From IMG/VR virus record IMGVR_UViG_3300017747_000258, positions 1 to 31,921 of that record: a stretch of 31,921 nt of DNA. One strand, 5' to 3'. The stretch is from a virus (taxonomy: Duplodnaviria; Caudoviricetes). Of the stretch, positions 25,469 through 31,921 are shown piece by piece (position 1 is the stretch's first letter; each line of letters opens with the position of its first letter). The notes beneath the pieces are model-generated. The model did no database searches. It had not been told where the DNA came from and saw only the letters and a list, made by a program, of their open reading frames with translations. Position numbers and translations under genes: made by a program.

Positions 25469-28322
25469 CGGTCTGCTCCACCTCGTCAGTCTGCTCCGCA
25501 GCGTCGATGCCCACGATGCTATCCAAGTTAAGGAAGCCAGCCACAGACGTGTCGAACACCAACGAATAGACCCCCGGCGTGATAACCTTCATACCCTTCG
25601 ATAGCCGCTTCACCTCTGGTTTGAGGTAGATACCCTGCTTCTTAAGCTGGTCTAGGGTTTCTTTGTAGTTGATTTGGGAGTCAACGCAGTCGCTCTTGAA
25701 GTGCTTCGCAGCGATGTACATGCGGTTAGTATCTGGCTCGTAGCGTACCAGTAGCTCGCCTTTCGGTTCGAGCTTTGGCATCATTGGAAGCTGGGTGCGG
25801 CGGTCTACGTTATCTTCCACTACCAATATGTTCTGCATGTGGCGGTTCAGATAATCCCCGATGATGGTCGCAAGGTCGGTAGCTGGCGGCTGCACATCTT
25901 CGCGCAAGGCCAGTAGCATCTGGCTGGCCCACTTATAGATGCGCTTCATATCCCAGTCGATGAGGCCAAGTTCCTTGGCAATCAAGCCACCAGTGATATT
26001 CGCGGAGATAACGGCAGACCAGAAGCGTTCGCGCTGCGTCAGCTTGAGTTCGCGGTCCAGCTTAGCTTGGACGTGTTTGATTGTATCAAGCACCTCCTTC
26101 TTCTTTTTGAGTAGGTAGGCGGCATAAATCGCCCCTGCATGTCCGTAGTTACCGAACAACTGGTGGTCGAACATCTGCTTCGCGTAATCCATCGGAACGG
26201 CGTCGGAATAGTCGATTTTGTATTCCAACATGCGCATGACCTCACCGTCTGGTGTAGCCTTGGCCTTAACCATCTTTTCGTAGAAGGACGCGTTCGAGGA
26301 GCAAAGACTGATTGTCTGCCACCGTGTGTTGTTCACCCGCAGCTTGTTGCCGCTGGCTTCCATGCGCTCCTTGCCCTTACCGTTTGCCATTGCGTAAGCG
26401 AAGTCGGAGAAAGCTAGCGGGGCCATGTTGGTCACTTCGTCCACCGTGTAGGGCAGGTTGTTGTACACGCCGAGGCGCATGATGCTGGCGTTTACCGTGT
26501 CCTGCGGGGTCGTGCATAGGTGCTTCGGGTGGCCCCAGACGCTGTTGCACATGTGGAGGATGGTGGTCTTACCCGTGCCGGAGTGTTGGTGGATGACGTT
26601 GATGATAGCCCCGCTCTGCCCAGTGAAGCGCAGCAGTGGTGCACCGAAGGCAGTAAGCGCAGCGAACGCGTTACCTTCAAGCCCTTCGCGCCCGTAGATG
26701 TTGAACACCTCCTTCCACTTCTCAAGCGTACCCACGGCACCCATGTGCGTGGCGATTTGTTCCGTGGTTGATGAAGGTGGGCTATAGAATACGCCCTCTG
26801 CGGTGACTTCCTTATCACCAATGATGAATTTGCTGTCATTGTCTGCCCAGCCGAATTGGAGTCTCATGAGTTCTGCCTTTGGTCCATATTGAAATGTGTC
26901 GATTGCGGAGATTAGGTATTCGCAGATAAGGTCGAAACGCTTTGAACCAACCATCACGCCTTCGCCTGATAGGATTTTACGTAGCTCTGCCTTGTCTGTG
27001 ACCTTGTTATTGGGGATGATAACCTCTTTCACGCCATCGCTGGGTGTGTGCAGCCGAACAACAGCCACATCACGCTGCACGGGGTCGTGCATGCGCTTCA
27101 CCACATAGAGGTCGTGTTGGTATACAAAGACTGGGTCGCCCTCATCCTTAAAGGGTTCGCGCCAGATGCCGCCTTCCTTGCCGCGATAGAACGGCTTGGG
27201 GTACTCTGGGATGGTGACCATCTCCATTTCGCCTGTGCGTTCGTTGAGCAACTCCATCGTGCGGTCTGCAACCGTAGCGCGGGGAACTATCACGCCCAAA
27301 GTTATCGGGTTCTTAATCTTCCCGAAGTGTGGGCACCCAGCGCAGCCGCCGGGATTATTCCGTTCAAAGGTGACGCAGTTGTGTGGCTGCTCGATGTGAG
27401 CAATCTTCTGCACTGTTTTCCCGGGGTCGTAATCAGGATGCTGGTTCGACAGTAGGTGGATGGATTTATCCGCGTCGTCGCAAAACTTTGCTACTGACAG
27501 GGCGTCGAACCACCGAGGTTCCGAGATAGTGGTCTGGTTCTGGTAGCAGTCGAGAAGCTGCTGGCATCCGTCACCCTTGGCGCTGCGCGTCATGATGCGC
27601 TTAAAGCTTTTACCCATGCTTTCTTGTAGGGCTTTGCCAAGGGCAGTGAGCGGACGTTTAGCTGGCAGCGGCTCCGTCGAGGGCATCTTGACGCCCAGTA
27701 GGGTCACGAACACCTCAAACGGGGTCGGCTTACCCTCATGGATTACCGATACTGTGCTAGCTGGGTTGTCCTTAAAGTTCAGGGTGTTCGGTATTCGTAG
27801 TACCCGCGACACCTCGAACACGCTGTTATCGACGTAAAGGTCATGGGTTAGGCAAAGTTCGCGCAGCCGTGCAGCCACAGGCTCCCACTGCTCACGGGTC
27901 ACTTCTTCGGTCAGCGGCCAGTATACGTGTAACCCGCGCCCCGAATTGACGAGGATGGGTTTGGGTAGGCCGATAGTGCTGCAGAACTTCTGTAGCGCAG
28001 CGAGACCGGTGGCTTGGTCGATATAACCATCCGGCCTTTCAGTTTTAGGGTTTACTACTGCCTTGGTAGGTCCGCAGTCGATGTCCAGCCAGAAAGACTT
28101 GATTGCTTTTACGTTGCTCTTTTTTCGGCCTGATCCATCAGTGTACTTTGCTACACCGAAGAAAACATTCCGCTCCTGTTGCACCATTAAAGCGGCGATT
28201 TCGTCTACTTCCTCACGGGTCTCCACGAGGTACTGTCTGATATTATCGACTCCCTTGATACCAAGCACGGCAAACCATCCGGAGGATGGCTGCACAGCAT
28301 TCAAGAGGTCAAATTGTGTCAT
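25449..28322 (-). CDS. Primase-helicase fusion (AEP-type primase, Cys cluster, DUF927-type helicase)
   Basis: FWLDID, SGRGLHVYW and RVLRIPNTLN primase motifs; Walker A SGTGKTT and Walker B YTVDE; QFGW motif. Confidence 0.85.
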   Translation of the reverse strand: MTQFDLLNAVQPSSGWFAVLGIKGVDNIRQYLVETREEVDEIAALMVQQERNVFFGVAKYTDGSGRKKSNVKAIKSFWLDIDCGPTKAVVNPKTERPDGYIDQATGLAALQKFCSTIGLPKPILVNSGRGLHVYWPLTEEVTREQWEPVAARLRELCLTHDLYVDNSVFEVSRVLRIPNTLNFKDNPASTVSVIHEGKPTPFEVFVTLLGVKMPSTEPLPAKRPLTALGKALQESMGKSFKRIMTRSAKGDGCQQLLDCYQNQTTISEPRWFDALSVAKFCDDADKSIHLLSNQHPDYDPGKTVQKIAHIEQPHNCVTFERNNPGGCAGCPHFGKIKNPITLGVIVPRATVADRTMELLNERTGEMEMVTIPEYPKPFYRGKEGGIWREPFKDEGDPVFVYQHDLYVVKRMHDPVQRDVAVVRLHTPSDGVKEVIIPNNKVTDKAELRKILSGEGVMVGSKRFDLICEYLISAIDTFQYGPKAELMRLQFGWADNDSKFIIGDKEVTAEGVFYSPPSSTTEQIATHMGAVGTLEKWKEVFNIYGREGLEGNAFAALTAFGAPLLRFTGQSGAIINVIHQHSGTGKTTILHMCNSVWGHPKHLCTTPQDTVNASIMRLGVYNNLPYTVDEVTNMAPLAFSDFAYAMANGKGKERMEASGNKLRVNNTRWQTISLCSSNASFYEKMVKAKATPDGEVMRMLEYKIDYSDAVPMDYAKQMFDHQLFGNYGHAGAIYAAYLLKKKKEVLDTIKHVQAKLDRELKLTQRERFWSAVISANITGGLIAKELGLIDWDMKRIYKWASQMLLALREDVQPPATDLATIIGDYLNRHMQNILVVEDNVDRRTQLPMMPKLEPKGELLVRYEPDTNRMYIAAKHFKSDCVDSQINYKETLDQLKKQGIYLKPEVKRLSKGMKVITPGVYSLVFDTSVAGFLNLDSIVGIDAAEQTDEVEQTDESGGD

Positions 28323-28334
28323 GTGTGCCAGTCA

Positions 28335-28352
28335 GCGGAAGCTACCTTCCGC
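28335..28352 (-). promoter_or_regulatory. Hairpin in the primase-helicase leader
   Basis: GCGGAAG-GUAG-CUUCCGC, ending 12 nt before the ATG at 28322. Confidence 0.45.
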
Positions 28353-28382
28353 ATATGCTTTTAATACCAGTAGGCTTATGCC

Positions 28383-28613
28383 TTAATCGAATTGGGCGAT
28401 GTAGGACTCGACCAAGGTAACCAACGATTGCTGCGGGTTAGATGCACCCACAAACCAGTTGTATACCGTCTGACGAGTAACACCCATCATCTTCGCCACT
28501 ACCGTAACCGGAACGTCGTGCTTAATGCACACCCGTCCGAGGCGGACACCCAACGCTTTGTTGGGTGCCCTCCGGTTAAGGTCACGCAGTCGAAGGCTGT
28601 AGCCTTGCGACAT
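28383..28613 (-). CDS. Cro-like helix-turn-helix protein
   Basis: VTVVAKMMGVTRQTVYNWF; GAGG SD. Confidence 0.8.
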   Translation of the reverse strand: MSQGYSLRLRDLNRRAPNKALGVRLGRVCIKHDVPVTVVAKMMGVTRQTVYNWFVGASNPQQSLVTLVESYIAQFD

Positions 28614-28615
28614 AC

Positions 28616-29545
28616 TTAGTCCTCATCTTCTGCGTCATCGCCCCAAGCGCTCACGATAGACGCGAGGTCACCAGTTGCGGCAGGGACTTCTTCGACTGCA
28701 GTTGCTTTGGCGCTGCGCTTCACTGGTTCAGCGGGTGATTCGTCTTCATCATCCGGTTCAGCGGAACGAGTGACAGCGGGGGCAGGAGCAGGTTTAGGTG
28801 CTTCCTGCTTAGGCGCAGCCTTGGCACCATCAGTAGCAGACACGGTAAGCTGCACATACTTCTTGGTTTCGGGGTCAGCCTGTGCCGCAACAACCAGTGC
28901 GTACTCTTCGTCGCTGATGCCGCGCAGCGGCGTGAACAGCAGTTCCATGCTGTCAGCGTTCAAATCGTAGCTAATGTTGGTCACAACCGTGTCAGGGCTT
29001 TCGCCGTTGCCCAGCAGATACTTCACGTAGCTCTCGAATGGATGCACGTTGCCGTTGCCCTTACCGAAGAGCGACTTGGCTGGGACGTTGAACTGATAAA
29101 CTTCACCAGTTGGGTCACCTGCAATCAGGATGGCGATGCGGCGCTGGAAGCGGCAAGCACGACCACCGTTGTCACCGGAACCCTTTACGTTCTGTGGGCA
29201 GTCTGCGCAGTTGGAGTGCTGCTTGTTGGAAGCAGAAGCTTCTGGCTTATCACCTAGGTTCGACCAGCAGTCAGGCAGCGTGGCCTTCGCATTGGGGTCA
29301 TACTTACCAGCATAGAACGTGCGGCTAACCTTGGGCAGCGCATCAACGATGATGGCGTTGAACTCGCCACGGATGGCGTTACCAATCTGCTCACCGTTAA
29401 TCATGCGCTTGAAGGTGCCGTTGGTGTTGGTGGCGATGCGGCGCATGTTGTTGGTGGCCGCGAGGGTCTTGGCGAGGCCAGTTAGCTCCCGCTTAGATGC
29501 GGTCGAAACTGCACCGGACTCTTTGAAAATAGAAAGATTGCTCAC
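28616..29545 (-). CDS. Putative single-stranded DNA-binding protein
   Basis: GTG start with GGGAG SD; 4-Cys motif (DCWS..CADC..RAC); Pro/Ala linker and acidic tail WGDDAEDED; replication context. Confidence 0.6.
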   Translation of the reverse strand: MSNLSIFKESGAVSTASKRELTGLAKTLAATNNMRRIATNTNGTFKRMINGEQIGNAIRGEFNAIIVDALPKVSRTFYAGKYDPNAKATLPDCWSNLGDKPEASASNKQHSNCADCPQNVKGSGDNGGRACRFQRRIAILIAGDPTGEVYQFNVPAKSLFGKGNGNVHPFESYVKYLLGNGESPDTVVTNISYDLNADSMELLFTPLRGISDEEYALVVAAQADPETKKYVQLTVSATDGAKAAPKQEAPKPAPAPAVTRSAEPDDEDESPAEPVKRSAKATAVEEVPAATGDLASIVSAWGDDAEDED

Positions 29546-29718
29546 TTAGTTTCTCCCTTGAGGAATGTATAGAATGTTTGGGCAATGTCGATGGTAGCTT
29601 GGGCGTCAGGCTTTGTCTGGTCTACCCTGCCTCCAAGGACTTGGATTAGTGATAGCGCTTTAGTTAGCGCGTTGTCCCGAAGGTCATCTTCACGGAACAG
29701 TTGGTCTTCTTCGTCCAT
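29542..29718 (-). CDS. Small hypothetical protein (58 aa)
   Basis: ATG at 29718 (alternative GTG at 29730); GTGA overlap with the SSB-like gene. Confidence 0.6.
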   Translation of the reverse strand: MDEEDQLFREDDLRDNALTKALSLIQVLGGRVDQTKPDAQATIDIAQTFYTFLKGETK

Positions 29719-29726
29719 TGTTTCTC

Positions 29727-30134
29727 TCACTTAGCTGTTGGTTTACGTACTTGAATGACATACTTGCGGTCGCACTGCAGCCCAGCCGGAAAGGCTTCGG
29801 GGTTCTCTTGCAGGAACTGCTTCATGTTGCCATTGTGGATGCGCTGCTCCAAGAGTTGCGGCACATCGTTTTCTTTGATGAAGCGATACATCGTTTCCCA
29901 GTCGCTCGTCCAGTACCGAGCGTTAATACGCCGACTGATTGTGCCACTAGGTGTCTTGATGCTGTCGGCATTCTGCTCGTTGCAGATTTCCAGCAGCTTA
30001 TTACTCACTGTTTCGAGTTGGTCCTTAAGGGCAGCTATCGCTTCTTTGTGCTGCTCTTCCTTCTCGTCGATAGCAGACCGGATTTTCCGGTAAACTGCCA
30101 CCATATCACTAACGGGTAATTCTGTTTCGGTCAT
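29727..30134 (-). CDS. Hypothetical replication/recombination-module protein with N-terminal coiled coil
   Basis: GAAGGAG SD; SIKTPSGT and DW..MY.FI motifs; first gene after the internal promoter. Confidence 0.7.
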   Translation of the reverse strand: MTETELPVSDMVAVYRKIRSAIDEKEEQHKEAIAALKDQLETVSNKLLEICNEQNADSIKTPSGTISRRINARYWTSDWETMYRFIKENDVPQLLEQRIHNGNMKQFLQENPEAFPAGLQCDRKYVIQVRKPTAK

Positions 30135-30162
30135 GATTGCTCCTTCGTCCTAAGACCACACC

Positions 30163-30190
30163 AGAATAACTTAACATTTTACAGTGTCAA
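30163..30190 (-). promoter_or_regulatory. Sigma70-type promoter driving the replication genes
   Basis: Consensus TTGACA (30190-30185), 16-nt AT-rich spacer, TATTCT (30168-30163). Confidence 0.7.
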
Positions 30191-31749
30191 GGGGTATCTG
30201 TGGCGATTTGTCTATAAAGGTCGATAATTTTTTCGTGGTTTGTGATGTTGTGCTGCAGCATGTGATATAGCTTAGCCTCTACGTCACTACCCCGAATATG
30301 GACAACGGTCATGTTGTTCTTCTGCCCCGGCCTATTGATACGGGCATTGGCTTGGAGGTAGGTTTCCACGCTCGTCACGGGTGCATACCATATAACAGTG
30401 TTAGCTGCCGTGAGCGTCAGTCCGTGCGATGCAGCCTGTGGCTGGATGATAAGCACGTGTGGGTCTTTGCGGGTCTGGAACTCCTGCACAATCTCACTGC
30501 GCCGGTTCACTGGCACCTTGCCGTTGATGACATCACACGAGATACCGTGCTTGACTAGCGCATCCTGTAGTAGCTGGATGGTGTGCGTGAAGGGCACGAA
30601 GACCAGCACCTTGTGGCTGCTCTCCTCGATAACCTCAATCACGGCCTTGATGCGGTTGGACACATCGAACTCGATAATCTCGCCAGTATCTGTGTAGACC
30701 GCACCACCGCTGATTTGCAGCAGCTTGTTAATCTTGGTCGCCGCGTTGACCGCGCTGACTTCCTCACCCGCTGCCTCGAACAACATCTCGTCCCTAAGCA
30801 CCTGATAGTAGGCATGTTGCATCTTGGTTAGCGGCGCTTCACGCTCCATGTAGGTGACATCGGGTAGGTCGAGGCAGTCCTTCTTCTCGAACCGGATGGC
30901 GGGTTGAAGCACCCTGTGCACGATGCTCTCTGCCTGTGGCTTTGCTGCCCACTTAAACTGCGTCACCTTGTACATCACTTGGTCGCGGAACGAGCCGTAG
31001 TATTTGGGGCAGTTGTCGGGGTTGACTAGTTTGGCCAACCCGTAGGCGTCTAAAGGTGATTGTGCTGCTGGCGTACCAGTAAGCATCCAAAGGCGCGGCT
31101 TGGTGGCGTTGACGATGCGGCTAAGCACCTTCCAACGGTTGGTCTGTGCGTTCTTATAGGCGCTAGCCTCGTCCACCACGATTAAGTCGAAGCCACCGTT
31201 AATTATGGCATCCTCGACAACAGCCAACCCATCGAAGTTGAGGATGACGAACTCGTTGCCAGCCTTGATGATTTTCTCACGCTGCTTGGACGTACCATGC
31301 GCAACGGAGCAAGAGCGGTGCATCGCAAAGGTGAACAAGTCCTGCTGCCACGCAGCCTTCATGATGGATAGCGGACACAGCACGAGGATGCGCTTAATCT
31401 CACCCAGCTTGAGCAGGTAGTCTGCAGCCCAGATAACCGAAGCGGTCTTACCTGTACCCTGCTCGTTGAAGCAGAAAGCCTTGTCGTTAAGGGTGAGGAA
31501 GGCGGCAGTCTCTTTCTGGTGGTCGAAGGGCTTGTGCTTGCCCGACCACTGATACTGCTTCTGGATTGGGGAGGGTGGGTTGTCCACGCCAAGCTTCATG
31601 AGCGCCTTAGTTTCCTTAAGACCCCACTTCACTGCTACTTCATACGTATCCCCATCCTGCCTATATACCGCGCTCTTCTTGATATTGTCGGTAATGGTCT
31701 TGGGTTCGGTAGTCTTGACGAGTAGCACCTTATCGTCAATGCTTTGCAT
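30187..31749 (-). CDS. SNF2-family (SF2) helicase
   Basis: GTGKT, VVDEAS, LTGTP, HGLTLT and QANARINRPGQ motifs. Confidence 0.9.
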   Translation of the reverse strand: MQSIDDKVLLVKTTEPKTITDNIKKSAVYRQDGDTYEVAVKWGLKETKALMKLGVDNPPSPIQKQYQWSGKHKPFDHQKETAAFLTLNDKAFCFNEQGTGKTASVIWAADYLLKLGEIKRILVLCPLSIMKAAWQQDLFTFAMHRSCSVAHGTSKQREKIIKAGNEFVILNFDGLAVVEDAIINGGFDLIVVDEASAYKNAQTNRWKVLSRIVNATKPRLWMLTGTPAAQSPLDAYGLAKLVNPDNCPKYYGSFRDQVMYKVTQFKWAAKPQAESIVHRVLQPAIRFEKKDCLDLPDVTYMEREAPLTKMQHAYYQVLRDEMLFEAAGEEVSAVNAATKINKLLQISGGAVYTDTGEIIEFDVSNRIKAVIEVIEESSHKVLVFVPFTHTIQLLQDALVKHGISCDVINGKVPVNRRSEIVQEFQTRKDPHVLIIQPQAASHGLTLTAANTVIWYAPVTSVETYLQANARINRPGQKNNMTVVHIRGSDVEAKLYHMLQHNITNHEKIIDLYRQIATDTP

Positions 31750-31921
31750 TATTTCTTCCGTTCTCGTTTGCTGGTTTCATCCACCAGATTATGTTTGCTG
31801 TCCCGCTTGAACGAACGGTTCTTGGCGGCGCTCTCGACGCGCAGACCCTGCTTGTTACTACCACCCTTATCGAAAGCTACCTTGTGAGCGACATCCTTGC
31901 CATCACCCTTGCTGACCTTGC
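31749..31921 (-). CDS. HNH-endonuclease-like small protein, C-terminal part (5' truncated)
   Basis: Read by hand: KVSKGDGKDVAHKVAFDKGGSNKQGLRVESAAKNRSFKRD...RKK*; TAATG coupling to the helicase. Confidence 0.6.
   Translation of the reverse strand, partial: KVSKGDGKDVAHKVAFDKGGSNKQGLRVESAAKNRSFKRDSKHNLVDETSKRERKK

Overview
A 32-kb stretch of a tailed dsDNA phage genome with podovirus-like organisation. No tail tube, sheath or tape measure gene was recognised. The + strand (1-25186) is a tightly coupled late region: head-tail adaptor genes, tail and fibre genes, two paralogous glycine-rich fibre proteins, an exported/membrane protein cassette beside a GH19 endolysin, a P22 gp10/T7 gp12-like nozzle, and a series of internal (ejection) proteins ending in a 2082-aa polyvalent protein. 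The - strand (31921-25274) is a replication module: HNH-like gene, SNF2 helicase, SSB-like protein, HTH protein and a primase-helicase fusion. Three observations stand out. (1) A 63-codon gene appears overprinted in the +1 frame inside the giant ejection protein gene, with its own strong SD and a clear codon footprint. (2) A candidate ~75-nt three-hairpin small RNA lies between the convergent operons, with an anti-SD segment complementary to specific phage RBSs. (3) An uncharacterised secreted cassette (Asn/Thr-ladder protein, NIDO-like protein, membrane coiled coil, EF-hand membrane protein) sits directly upstream of the endolysin. All product calls come from motif recognition by eye; no database searches were run.
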